From contig CM059425.1 in the NCBI GenBank assembly GCA_030390025.1, positions 170,998,001-171,062,000 on the forward strand: 64,000 nt of DNA, read 5' to 3'. Origin of the DNA: Squalus acanthias. Lineage: Eukaryota. The number at the start of each line of letters is the position of its first letter. The stretch's first letter is position 1. Shown here piece by piece: positions 50,067-63,609 of this stretch. The notes beneath the pieces are model-generated. The model saw only the letters and a list, made by a program, of their open reading frames with translations. It searched no databases and was not told the origin of the DNA. The position numbers and the translations under genes were made by a program.

Positions 50067-52058
50067 AAATAATAAGCAAAACGACTCAGCCCAGTTTTGA
50101 ATTGTTTTAGTACCCCCTGCCCCCGCCTCCCCCCCAAAAAAATCAGGGCATCGTCAGCACAGCCAAGACCCACCAATGTATCCTTTTAATTCTTTCACAC
50201 CGATTGTGAACTATTTCTTCAACTTCCAATTCCTCACATCTATACTGGACCATCTTAGGTCTATTATTTTCTTTAATTTCCTTTTTTGTTTCTTTTTCAC
50301 GCCCATTTTGTTCTTTTATAAGCCAACACTACAAATATGGCCAACACGTTGAATAATAAAAGAACCTTACTAGCTTTGAAAACCCTAATTCTTCAAGGAT
50401 TGCGCACTCTTTAATACATTGTTTTGTGATTTGTTTTTAAATTCTCATGAAGCATGCGGGGAATGGAATATTTTCCATGTTGCGATCTATATTCTGTCCC
50501 CAACCTCTGAAGAACATTCCTAGTACACAAGTGTGACATTTTCCATTTCCCACACCAGCCATCTTGTGGGCTTTCTGAGTGATGTTTCAATTTCTTGTTT
50601 CAGTTGGTGATACGTTTCTTGCTGAGGGCCCACATCCAGAAGAATTGAGTTGAGATTACTCAAAACCTAGTGCATGTAGACTTCAAATCTACACAACCTT
50701 GGAAATATTAGTCTGAAAGCAGATGGGGAAAGCACTTCTGCTGGAAAATCAGTTAAATATCAGAGAGGTTAATAAGCTGAATTTCCAGTTTTTTTGGAAA
50801 AATATACCCCAGTTGAAATTGCAAGAATTTGCTGTACAAAACGAGGGCCAGCCAGTCGGTGAATGAAAGTCAGGAGGATCACGTGTACGTACCAGCTGGG
50901 ATAATGGATGTTGTCAGCGAATCAAGTGGTGCAGTGTAGTGTCAGCTTAAAAGAAAGGAGCAGCAGATTTCTGAAAGGCAGCATGAGGTACACTTTAAAA
51001 ACCCAGACTCTATTAATGCATTAAAATAGCATCCTCAACTTAAGGCAACAATCTTCTCCATTAAGCTAATGTAATGCAATGACAAATAATGTTTCACAGA
51101 AATCAATTTTTTTCAATACATGTTGCCAAGTGGAAATTCAGCATTTGGTTATTCAGCATTTGGTTCTTGCTGCGAGTTAACGGCACACAGTTTAAGAAGT
51201 AATCACGTTGTTTCGGCCATGGCCCCATAGGTAAGTGCTGAGTGTAGTCTGCTGGGTGAAGGTGGCAATCGTGCACAGCTCTGCAGCTGATGAACTGAGA
51301 GGCCAAGCAAGGGCGACTCGCGTGCTGTGCTCAAGTGTCAGCTCACTGTGTCAGAAGCAGTCAGGCTTCACACAGTTTGGACCAGAGAGAGTCAGGACTG
51401 CTGGAATGCAGCAGACACAATCGTTAAGAGAAGAGAAAAAAAGGTAACCATATAAATCATATGAAAATGTACAATTCTTTGAAATCAAGTATTTTGGGCA
51501 ACTTGGAATTAAACTACTGCAAAACACTGTCTCCCCACAGGACCTGCTCATGCGATGTTACTAAGCTTTGTTCCGAATAAGAGAAAAGAAGCTTATAAAA
51601 TGAAATGGAGAAGAAGTTTGAGAGTGTCAAGAATGGGACATTTTCTTCCTTTTTAGCACCCAGTCTCAGTTCAATGTCCCCCAAAATTTAGATACAAAGT
51701 GCTACAGAAAAAAAGAAAATGAACACCATCTTTTGGTTTAATGTTAATTTGCTCTCAGCCAATAATGTTAGAATGGCAGAACTTTACAGCACAAATGGAG
51801 GCCATTCGGCCCGTAGTGTTTGTTCCACCTCACTGAAAGAGCTATCCACAGTCTCATTCTCTTGCCCTTGTTCTTGACCGGGAGGTCAAGGTACATTATT
51901 GGGCAGCATTTATGATACATTCAGCCTGTGCTATGTCTGGCCTGGGAGGCTTTGCAGCAAGCACTGGGTGTTAGTTATGGAAAAGTGTTCCAATCCCCAG
52001 CACTAACATCGGTCACTAGTAAATTTTTAAAAATGCTAAAAAAGTTTCAGAAAGCCAT

Positions 52059-52976
52059 GGGGTGAATTTTAACCCCCAAAAACCAAGTGGATTGGGGTCA
52101 AGCGAGATGTTAAAATGTTTTAAATCTCAAATCCAACCCCAATCCACCTCCAAACTGCCCACTTCCGTCCGGGTTTAACTGAGGCAGAAATTCTTACGGG
52201 GCTTGACGGGGTAGATGCAGGGAGGATGTTTCCCCTGGCTGGGGAGTCTAGAACCAGGGGTCACAGTCTCAGAATAAGGGGTCGGCCATTCAGGACTGAG
52301 ATGAGGAGAAATTTCTTCACTCAGAGAGTGGTGAATCTTTGGAATTCTCTACCCCAGAAAGCTGTGGAGGCTCAGTCATTGAGTATATTCAAGACAGAGA
52401 TCGATAGATTTTTGAATATTGGAATCAGGGGATATGGGGATAGTGCAGGAAAGTGGAGATGAGGTAGAAGATCAACCATGATCTTATTGAATGGCGGCGC
52501 AGGCTCAAAAGGGCCAAATGGCCGACTCCTGCTCCTATTTCTTATGTTTCATAGAGGCGGGCAGCCAACCAGGAGGTGGGTTGGCTGGTCGGGTTTCCCG
52601 GGCCTCGGGGAACCCTGCAACTGAAGGGAGGGGAGGACAGCTTTGAGGAGAAGGTAAGTGCCCTTACAATACTGCCTGTGGGCCAGGAGGAGCAGGAGTG
52701 CGTCCCCCCGGCCCCCCAAGTTTACCCATACAAAGAACCCCCCCCCCTCTCCCAGTAGCAGCAGCAGGCTCCCTACCTGCTCCAGCGGCCTGCTCCCCAC
52801 CCGACTGGAAGCCAAGCCCGTCAATCAGGCTGAAATCAGATGGGGGATCCCAGCAAACAAAAAATACGCACGCTGTGGCAAACTCCACAGCCGTCGGGGA
52901 AACCCAGACTTCCAGGTTTCCTGTCCAAAACTCCGACCCCCCACCCTACACAACCCACCCCATCAAGATCAGGGCC
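52059..52976. mobile_element. Harbinger-like MITE interrupted by a CR1 fragment
   Basis: Left end GGGGTGAATTTTAAC; degenerate right end AAGATCAGGGCC; GC-rich body on both sides of the CR1 piece. Confidence 0.5.
52188..52548 (+). mobile_element. CR1 LINE 3' fragment
   Basis: ORF 52226-52462 (RRNFFTQRVVNLWNSLPQ) and a TTCTTATG tail. Confidence 0.92.
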
Positions 52977-53202
52977 AAAGTCTCTACAGAACATATCTAG
53001 TAAGATGGACAATGTAAATAATGTGTCTGTAAAAGATTTAAACAAAAAATGCAGCATTGGCGGTACACACACAAGAGCGAAAGAGTCAATAATTCATTTG
53101 AACACTTTGTAATGGTGTCCTAAACTGCAAGATCGAAGCTTGGTGAGAGGGTTTATGACAATCAGCAGAACCCGGAGATTGAACTATTGTGTTAAACACA
53201 TT

Positions 53203-53954
53203 GGACTGGATTTTGATACTGGGGCGGGTTGGGGTTGTGTCATCCGCTTTTCGTGTTATCCACCCGACTGCAATTGGATGTGGGAGATTGATGCAATTTT
53301 CACCTAATTGGGCAATTGAGTTCCAGCATGTGGGAACCCATGAACCAATTAGTGTTTTCAGTCTGAAAGTCGCCTCTGATGATGTCATCATTGCTGCTGC
53401 ATTGAAGGTCTTCAGAGACTGCCTGGCCTTTGCTGTGAGAGGACCTGGATGCAAACTGAGCAGCAGCAGCCCTAAGTCTGCTCCCAGATATTTTTACACA
53501 GAGACAGAGACAGAGACACAGAGAGAGAGATTGAGATTGAGATTGAGATTGAGATTTTGTTTTGCACCACCACTCCCAGATATGTCTCCTCCACCACTCC
53601 CAGATGCCTGCCAGCCACTCACTCACTGATAGAGAGCCCAGCCACTGATAGTCAGCTATCCAAATGTGCTCCCGCCAGGTTTCACATTCGTGGTTCAGAA
53701 CAGGCGTGCTTCACGTAGAACAAGGGTTAAAATCACAAAGGCCTTTCAAAATGGCATAAAAGAGCCAATTTAGTGCTTGTTAAGGGCCTTAACAGCCTAT
53801 CCCGTCTCTTAAAGGCGGGACACAGTCGGGACCAGCAGACACGATTTAATGAAAATTGCGTGGAGGCGGACTTGTGCCCACCCGCCAGTTTTCGCAATTT
53901 TAACCCCCCACACGCCTCCAAACCCGCCTCCACGGGTCAATGAAAATCCAGCCC
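53203..53954. mobile_element. Harbinger-type MITE, 752 bp, 3-bp TSD, with internal microsatellites
   Basis: ATT|GGACTGGATTTT ... AAAATCCAGCCC|ATT. (GAGACA)n and (GAGATT)n at about 53498-53555. Confidence 0.8.
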
Positions 53955-56900
53955 ATTGCTTTTGCTATTTATGTCCGATAGTCTATCGTTAATTTCTTAA
54001 AATAAATGCTGTGTTAATCATTATGTTATGGGGGATGTAGGTGAAAGCCATTTTGAGGAAAGGGATGGAGAAGCTGAAGGCATGATGCCATCACATGACT
54101 AGTGTTGTAGAAACGCCAACTTTATTTTTCTGTCGGAATTTAAGAAAATAGACTATTCACTACTGGTTATTAACTGTTAAGAGTTCATCGGTTATGTAGA
54201 GGACCTGGATAGCTCATTCTCCATCCTTGGGATATGTGAGTTCACAGTCGTTGTGCTGGAGAACTAAGAGAAGGTATTGTTGGCCACTCACATATCTTCA
54301 GTCAGCTTCACTTTCCCACAACTACTATTGATTCTGGTTTTAGTAAACACATTGTAGGCCCAAAGCACTGGGCCTAAAAGGTCACCAGTGACTCATCCGG
54401 ACAGTGACTAATACTGCTAGATTCTAAAGGGTCACTAATAGAACAACTAGCTCCAACAAGAACAAGTCCTGTCCAGAAAGAATTGCTCCTTCATTAAAGC
54501 TCGCTCCAAGAGGCTTGTCTTTGAACAAAGTAATATTAAAGTAGCACCGTTGAATAAGTCAACATTTTAATTTTAAACAGTACACAACAGCCAATATAAA
54601 ATAGTTTACAACACATTAGAAAGTGGGGGGGAAAAAATTACAAAAATAGACATCTTCAAAATTCTCCAGCCCTGAAATGTATGGCTTGGGATACCAGCAT
54701 ATGAATGTTTAGCATATTAATCTCCAATTCCTCTCACTTTTGTAGCAGAGGTGCTAACCCATATATTTTAAACAGGTTAGCTAAAATAGCAGGAATGTGT
54801 CTATTAGTAGCCCACCAAGTAATTTCAGGGCCTATGTTTTAGATTTAATTTTTTTAAATAATCATTTCCCACTCCTAGGTCTCTTTCTCCAGATACCTTT
54901 CCACAACTGGGGGGGCAGGGGGGGGGCGGGGGGAGGTGAGGTGGGGAGCGGTGGAGAGGTTAAGCTGCTCCTAGAATTCTGGTAAAGTCCCTATTGATCT
55001 GAGCTTTAGAAGGAATACAAATGACTAGCCCACTGATTTATCCTCCCATCCTGACAGCACGGCTGAGATTAGGAGCTAATTATTTACGGGGCCAAAACTG
55101 TGCCTGGACCTCTTTAGCACAGAACGTTGGAGCATCAAATGCATATTCACTCCCAGAGTGATGTCACCAAACAATCTGACCTTGATGAGGTTCAACTTTA
55201 AAAATAAATCACAGACAACCATATGAATTATTGAAGTAATAAAGTGACACTTCAGAATAACTGAGTCAGACCAAGGTTATATTTCATAAAACTGATAATG
55301 TAATATTATTCATGAAATCTAATGAAGACCTATGGATTTTTCTGACTTGATAACGGTCTCATACGCTTTCACTTTACTGAGCCAAATATCGAATTAATGT
55401 GATGAGGAATAATTGGAGCTTACCTTCTTACCTCTAGAACTGTTCTAGGGCTGCACTGAAAGTCTGGCCCCATCCACTTGACAGATGAATGGAACAGAAA
55501 GCCACTCTAAACACGACTACCCAATCACTACAAGGCATGTCTGCTGCTACGGGTGGAATCCTCTGCCAGTTTTCCATATCAATCACATCCCAGTTTAGTT
55601 CTCCTATTGTGTCAGTACTCCCATTCTTCTGTTGCTAGTCTCCTTCCATAAATGCTCCCGAGTGTGAATAATGAGTTCTCTGGCAGCTGGGACATCACCA
55701 GCGCATCCGTTGAAAGATGCCATTGCTTGCCTCAGGCAGAGCCAGCTAACGCCAGCCACAGGATCACATTCCACTAGGCCTCTGACATGCAGGCTGCAAC
55801 TCTTTCAGAGTCTTAACGTGATCAATGGGGAATTTGTACTGTAGCACTCAGCAGTTTCATAAATATCCAGTCAATATTGATGAAATGAAAAGAAAAATCA
55901 CCATCAATGCTGGAAATTTGAAATAAAAAACAGAAAATTCTGGAACTGCACATAAAACAATAACTAAAACAATAAGGCAGCAAACAGCCTTTTATACCAG
56001 CCTCCTTAAATGTTCTCATAGTTAAATAAAAAATTGATCTCAGACTAACACCTGTTTTCCGAACACATTATTGTGCCATCTTTCTCAGTAGGTGTTGTGG
56101 GTCTCCAAGGCCACAGCCCATGCTGTAACATCTTGTCAGGATTTAGAAATCAGCTGCACCTGTTTGGGGACTGAACCGCACAGCCCAAAATAATCAAAGC
56201 CATTCTACGCCTGCTGTCCTCTGCAGACTCACCTCCGCACAGCACAGCTGTATATCCCTCCTCTTGCTGATAAATGTCGGATTATTAGAAGGAATTTGCT
56301 GAGATAATTATGGCTCTCAGGTTCCCATGAGCAAAACGTAATTTGGCCTTCATAATATTCTCCACAACACGGTGTGCAGATGGAGATCGTTTTCTTTAAT
56401 TTTGCCAACTTTTGTTCAGAGGCTATGGGACAAAATACCACATCTTGCTCCTATCATTTGTTATTCATTTTGCACAGGTGCCAGTGGATGGCTCCACATC
56501 AGAGAGTACTAACTAATCAATTATTTCTGCTGTAAAAGCAGTTTGGTATCAATAAGCAGGGGTTTAGTACAACATGGAGCAGATAGCAAGATGGAAAATA
56601 CAGGCACAATTAGAATTTTAAACAGCACTTCCATGGCCTATTAAAAGTTCATTTTGTTGTCGTTTCCAGCAAGTTAGGCAAGACGGGAATCAAGGGCCTC
56701 CATCAATACTCGTCAATCGAGCTCTACAGGTCTATGCTTTGGAACTACATAGTAGGTAAACTGTACATGTACATGTACAAACTGGCATGACAGAAATCAA
56801 AGCAGCAGTAGACTGGAGAGAATTTATCCCAGGGCTTTTTCTATCTTTGACAAATCACTGCAACTTGCTTTGCTGGTTGGCTCTTTGCACTATAATTGCA

Positions 56901-59900
56901 ACACGTTTAATTTAGAATCCAGGCAGTACAATACAACTGGGCTTTGTACAGAAACAGCCAGCACCCACTGTAACATTCAGAAAAAGATTAATTTAAATGT
57001 ATTTGTCTGTCTGTTACACATTCTGCCAGGTAATTTCAAGGAATCCCAGTTCCAAAGGTTCACTTTTAAATGAAGGCGTGTTTGCGATCAGCTTCCTGTG
57101 CGATGGTGAAACACCATCTTCTCTCTCGTTAAAAAGGCAATGTTTTGACAACGAGATGCATTTTCAAAGCATCCAACAGTCAATAAATGGAATGATTATA
57201 ATAAAGCCAGGCCGAGGAGTTAACTGGAGAATAAAAGCACCGGGGTATTTGGAAAGTATCACTGATGTAGGTTCTGAATGTCGTATAAGTGACGTTGCGG
57301 ACCACAGAAGGAAGCTTTGGAGGCTTAACCCAGCTAATTGTCTCCCTTGATTGTGACTGTACTGATTAGGAAAATAATCAGCTCCCAACAGTCTGCATGC
57401 AGGGATGCCAACTGTTCTTTGATGATGCACAGCGGAAATTGGCCACAAACGCTTGATCGCATCTTTGCCCATAGACAGTGTAGAAAAGATATAAACAAAT
57501 GGAAAGAAAGGTTTCCTTTGTCTCTGCTTGCTTAATTCAATAGATCATTTTGTAACAATAAATGCATAAATAAAACATCGATAAATCAAATACCCCAGAT
57601 TACGAGGGTGTGATGATAAAGCTACAGAGGGCAAGGGTGCACAGAAATTTCATTTCCTACAAAGGTGCTGTACATTCTTACAATGCAGTAAATTTTGTAC
57701 AAATGCAATTGGTAGGTGTGAATCAGGCGAAAACTCATTAGAGAATGTTAAGTGCTTTAGCTCATTTCTCAACTCTGCGCTGGGACCAATAACTGCCCTT
57801 TAACCGCTACTGCCAGCATTTGGCTGAGACTAAGCATGTGCATTAACCCCTCCAATGTGAATGAATGTGTTTATGTGCCAGCATGCTCACATAGCAAGTC
57901 AGTTTCTAGCAGCGCGACACCATGTTGTAATGCTCCTTTCTTCCACACACCAACTGTTCAAGCAATCTGGAGCACCAACTTAATACCAGCATCCTTCACA
58001 AAACACAAATCTGACATAGGGTTCCAATATTATTCTGGCTCATCAGGGAAGCTCACCCATTTTATACAAGGCCAGTTCCCAAAGTTATCTTTAGAAACCA
58101 TCTGGGCACCAATCCCGTTGGGAGGCTTTTGACATTTCAATCTTACAGCCGTATCCCGATAAATCAAGGGCTAAGCCATGTAGGTATGTTTATATCCCTC
58201 CAAACCATGATGCAGCTGACTTTAATATGGAATAATAATCCAGAGGGCCTTATATTTTTTGCTTTCGTCCTCTCTCTCTCTTCACAAAGCATTTAGTAAT
58301 TTGTTCTCATTTTTTCTTTCCGTGATGAAAACCTCAAACTTTGAGGATGAGATCAGGAAGCTTTGCTGTCTGGAGCATGACGCCAAACAGCAATTACACC
58401 ATCTTAGCGACAAGAGCCAGTGATAAAACAGTATCAGCCAGAATTGACACGAATGCAAATGAAGCTCGCGTGACTCGAGCTAGCTCGCCTTTTAAATCGA
58501 GCACAGCCCTGCTCTCATGTGAGAGCAAGTCCCCAAAAGAGACAGCAGCCCACAAATTGCTTTATTTGTGCCAATATTTCACGTGTGTTTCCGTGCAGCC
58601 AACAGAGAACACTGGAGTCGAGAAAACAGAATTCTGTTTCTGACAAAAAGCACAGTAGTAAAACGTATTATACCTTACGAGATGCAGCACCGCTTCCCGA
58701 AGAAAATACAATTTACACCTCTTCCATAAAACACTGCAATCTTCTTCTCACAAACTGCCTCACAGTTCCCAATAAATGAAAAAGGCCACAAAAAAGTGAA
58801 AATGTGCTGAATTTTTTGGTTGCTATTTTTCAAGAGTGTAATACCTCCCAGTTGCATTAAAAATTAGATTAAACAGACTGGGGCAAGGTTAACAGGATTA
58901 TGCCCTTAATTAAAAAAAAAATCAAAGAAAAAAAAACACTTTCAAAAGCAGCCTGCATTGGCTGATAGAGATGATAACAGACCTCTTGAATTCAACATGA
59001 ATGAACTGAGCTTTACCATACTTTTCTGACCAAGTCAGCACTTCCAAAACAGTGCTCATTAAGTGCATTAGCAAAGTGCCATGCAACATGACAAAGGAGT
59101 GACAGGGAAAACTGCTTCAGGGCTGAGGATACTGACCTGAAACCTGTCAAAGAACAAAAGACTCACATCTGTGGCTGCCTTATCAGTGCCCTGTGACTCC
59201 TAGGAATCCATCTCTGTAGAATCCCTCATTATTTATCTCATGACCCTATATGCTGTCGGTGTTCATGAAACATCATGAAGCTAATAAATTAGTGATGATT
59301 GTGGGACAGGTTTGGTGTACACGGACATGAAGGCTCAGTCCCAAGCTTGGCGTAGAGCAGCTTGCCCCATCTTCATCCACTGCAGCTTATCCTCTCATTA
59401 CAGAATGCTTCCCTTGTAAGTGACTAAAACACAACTGTGCCCTCCAGATGCAGCCATTAACCTATCACTTTAGTCAAGTATAGGCCTCGAGAAGGCCAGC
59501 CGGAGAAATCACTCTGTTCAGTGAATAGGATTATATTCAGTGAGTGATTACATTCAGGCTGTGCCCTCTGCTGCCAATCAGCCGATGTTAGGGCCATTCT
59601 TTCTTCTGATTTAACTCTGTGCCTGTTAAATTGTAAAGGGATTGATTTGTGTAAAACTAGAGTGTATCAGCTTTTGACTTGGCAGATGCATCGTACATAT
59701 AGATGAGAGAGAAAGATCGGATGAGTGAGAATGAAAGATGACCCAGTGCCACACAGTAAAGCATTCTGGGCCCCAACAGTTCTGCTCCATGTCCCCCATT
59801 ATTACCTTCTGAGTATTTCTGTTCAGGAGGGAGCATGAACTATCAAAGAGTGCAAAATAGATACAGCTACAATTGGTTGAGTTACATAGCATGGACACAG

Positions 59901-61289
59901 CACAGTAATGAGCATCTGTTTCAGTCTGCAGCCCAGCGATACCATCCTTGTCACAGATCTTCTGTTAGAGAAGCTGTGCAGTGTCAAATTATTTTCCAAC
60001 ATAACTAAACCTATATTGAATGCGTCATGTGTTAAATTAAAATGAAAATCAATTAGCATGTATCATTCTTGCATCTCCTCAAGAGGAAATACCTCAACGG
60101 TCTTGGCTTATTAACTGTCCTATTCATTTCAACTGACAAAAATCAATCATATCCAACAAGTGCATTAGGCGAGAGGAAGAGGAAAAGCAAAGGTCTTGTT
60201 ATTTCATTCAGGGGTCTGCAGGGCACGTGAAAGTCAATCAATGCTCAGCTGCTCCCTCAAACTCGAACAAAAGGTTTCTTCGTATTCTAGGAAAAAGGCA
60301 TTTTAACACAAGGGGCAACATTCTGCTGCAGGCTGCACACATTAGCTAAACTCCAAGTCACTCTGTAGTTGGAGGCTCACATTCCCACATGACCAATTCA
60401 AGCTTTTAGTGAGTTACTTGTTTCCAAACTGGCCTTGGTGGAGTAGACCGAGTGTGTTTCTTTAAATATTCCAAATGAGCAGAACCAAATACTGCCATTT
60501 TTTAAAAGATATTTGCATGTCCACACGCTTTTTCATTTTAAGCTTTGCAAATCGTTGTGAATCACAGATCATTTGAAAAGGATGGATCAGTAGAATTATA
60601 AATATTACAAAGTTGCAGGTTGTATTATTGGAAATGAAGGCCTATAAAGGACTACAATCTCTAAACACGTAAATTCCTATTAAAAAGTGAATACTCTGTT
60701 CGGTTTCTGTCAAGATAAAAATTATTGTTCTTATTCAACATGTAGGTGCTAGTTTATACCGAGCCCAAGGCAAGTAACTATTCTAATCCTCAAATGATTA
60801 AGTCTTTCTCACCATTTAAAACAAATAAACAAGTTAAGTTATGATACTCTAAATGCTTTGAAGATGCTTATCATTCCTTTCAAAGATTTCTTCAGGGTGA
60901 ATTTTGTGCTCATCAAGGTGAAGAACGTTAGTGTTGAAGACTGGAACTTTTGTCAGTCAGTATCAGCATCAAGCATTCCCAGATCAGATATGGCACAGCC
61001 CAACACAGTAACGCTCCCTTTGCTCTAAATATGCCTTAACCACAATCTTACCACAAGCACACTGAAGATCCTTATGAGCTCTCGGAGTGAGATTGCTGAT
61101 TTAGTGCTTAGTTAGGGGCAAATTTGCATCTGTGGCACTATGCCCACTGGGAATTCGATTTAGACAGGTGAAACTCATTTCATGTAGGACCCTTACATCT
61201 GACAGACAGACAGAGCAGACTTAGATTTGAACCAAGGTCCCAATAGTGAAAGACCAGTGCCAAAGCAACTGAACTGCCCAGTTCCTTTG

Positions 61290-61975
61290 AATGAAACTTG
61301 TCTTATTTATCACTGTTTTGCTGATGCTAATAGAGGGATGAATGCTGGCCAGGACACCGGGAAAATTCACTGCTCTTCTACTAGAATGGTATCAGAGATG
61401 AGGGACTTCAGTTATGTGGAGAGACTGGAGAAGCTGGGGTTGTTCTCCTTAGAGCAGAGAAGGTTAAGAGGACATTTGATAGAGGTGTTCAAAATCATGA
61501 ATGGTTTTGGTCGAGTAAATAAGGAGAAATTGTTTCCAGTGGCAGAAGGGTTGGTAACCAGAGGACACAGATTTAAGGTGATTGGCAAAAGAACAAGAGG
61601 TGACATGAGGAAACTTTTTTTTTTACACAGCGAGTTGTGATCTGGAATGCACTGCCTGAAAGGGTGGTGGAAGAAGATTCAATAGTAACACTCAAAAGGG
61701 AATTGGATAAATACTTGAAAGGAAAAAGAATTACAGGGCTATGGGGAAAGAGCAGGGGAGTGGGATTAATTGAATAGCTCTACCAAAGAGCCAGCACAGG
61801 CACAATGGGCCTAAAGGCCTCCTTCTGTGCTGTGTGATTCTATGATTCTTCAAAACTGTACAATGAGATCTTTTATGTTCACCTGAATAGGTAGACAATG
61901 GGGGCTTCAGTTTAACATCTGAAAGACAGCACCTCCAACAATGCAGCACTCCCTAAGTATTACCTTGGTATGAGA
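61290..61975 (-). mobile_element. DeuSINE-like copy split by a CR1 insertion
   Basis: 61290-61378 and 61848-61975 join to give the reverse complement of the 15378 SINE body. Confidence 0.65.
61379..61847 (+). mobile_element. CR1 LINE 3' fragment
   Basis: SYVERLEKLGLFSLEQRRLRG.LIEVFKIM...TRGH, with a (GATTCTAT)n tail. Confidence 0.92.
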
Positions 61976-62490
61976 CAATCTTGGCTGAGACACAATTCTG
62001 TTTATGCTGAAAATGACACAGTGTTCCACCAACAGGCCTGGTATAACCATTTCTGGTGTCCATAACTCAGGACATTTAACTGAACAACACTGTTCACTGC
62101 ACTCTTCACATATACTGTACTGCACCAAACCCTATCATGTAATTTTCCTGACTTCAAGCAGGTAAGAATTGAGTGTGATTGCTATTCACTCCCCGCAATT
62201 CTGCATTTTTGTTATTAGGAAACTTTTCTACCATAAGCAAGTCCATTGCCGTGTAAAAATATGGCACATACAAAGATGGCTCAAGTGTCTGTATTATACA
62301 AATATACTAATTGTAGTATGGCTAGAGAAGTAAACTATTGACTGTTGCAGGGTTAACAGAGAGTGTCTTCTGTTCAGCTTCAAGAATTTATTGCACTTCT
62401 GTAATCTGAGGGGCAATGGTCTGTTTATAGCTTGAGAACTGGAGCCAGCATTGATTTTATTATTCCCATGTCCATATTAAAAATCTGGAT

Positions 62491-62913
62491 GGGGTACAGT
62501 AGCATAGTGGTTATGTTACTGGACTTGTAAGTAAGAGGCCTGGACTAATGATCTAGATGACACGAGTTCAAATCCCACCACGGCAGCTGGGGAATTTAAA
62601 TTCATTTTTTTTAAATAAAAATGACATGTAACTACCAGATTGTCATAAAAACCCATCTGGTTCACTAATGTCTTTTAGGGAAGAAAATCTGCCGTCCTTT
62701 CCTGGTCTGGCCTATATGTGACTCCAGACCCACAGCAATGTGGTTGACACTTAACTGCCCTCTGAAATGGCCTAGCAAGCCACGCAGTTCCACCAAACCG
62801 CTACTGCAGCGGTTCAAGAAGGCAGCTCACTACCACTTTCTCAAGGGCAATTAGGGATGGGCAATAAATGCTGGCCCTGCCAGCGACGCCCACATCCCGT
62901 GAATGAAAAAAAA
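62491..62913 (+). mobile_element. Full-length tRNA-derived SINE with LINE-derived 3' tail
   Basis: A-box-like TAGCATAGTGG and B-box-like GAGTTCAAATCC. The last ~110 bp match the 3' end of the LINE at 515-625. A-rich end. Confidence 0.85.
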
Positions 62914-63609
62914 GGGAAGGGTTTTCACCTGCTCTGCACAAGCTGCAGCCTGTGATTTTGGTAGAATATCACTCACTTGGTTATTCATTGCTGATGCAAA
63001 TTTATAGGCAGTGATTTCTTACACATGTTTTGTCAATCATGTTCAGAGCTTCAGGTGAAGGGTGTGTGCATACGTTTGTGTGCTTCTAGTTAACATAAAT
63101 ATAAAATACATACATTATGTACTGCAATAGCTCTTAAATTTCTGTAACTGCTATATTTTGCAATTCATGTGATATTGCAGAATTTGTAATTTATTCAATT
63201 AATTTTGTTTATAGTAGTTCAAAACATCAAAGTTTGAACCAGTTTATGTTAAAGCAGCATAAATGTTAGAGGGTAGCATAAATATTTGAGGGACATGTGT
63301 GTGTAGGACTATTAATTTTACTAGCAATGGTATTTTAAGCATTACCCAATCCCATAAAAATACTTGGTTTCAAAGCAAAATAAATTTCATAACCTTGTAG
63401 AAAAGTACATATTTATATATATATATTTAAAGGACCTTAGCATCTTAATTCCCAGGGTCTTTTAAAAGAGTGCAGTCTCCATGGGAAAATGTTTGCCATC
63501 TGCAGTGCCAAAATATCTTAGCGTTATGTCAATGTCATGGTGATGTTAATGATGCACAGCTTTCTACTGTTTTCCCTCCATGGTAGCCAAGACAGGGCCT
63601 CTCTTTAGG

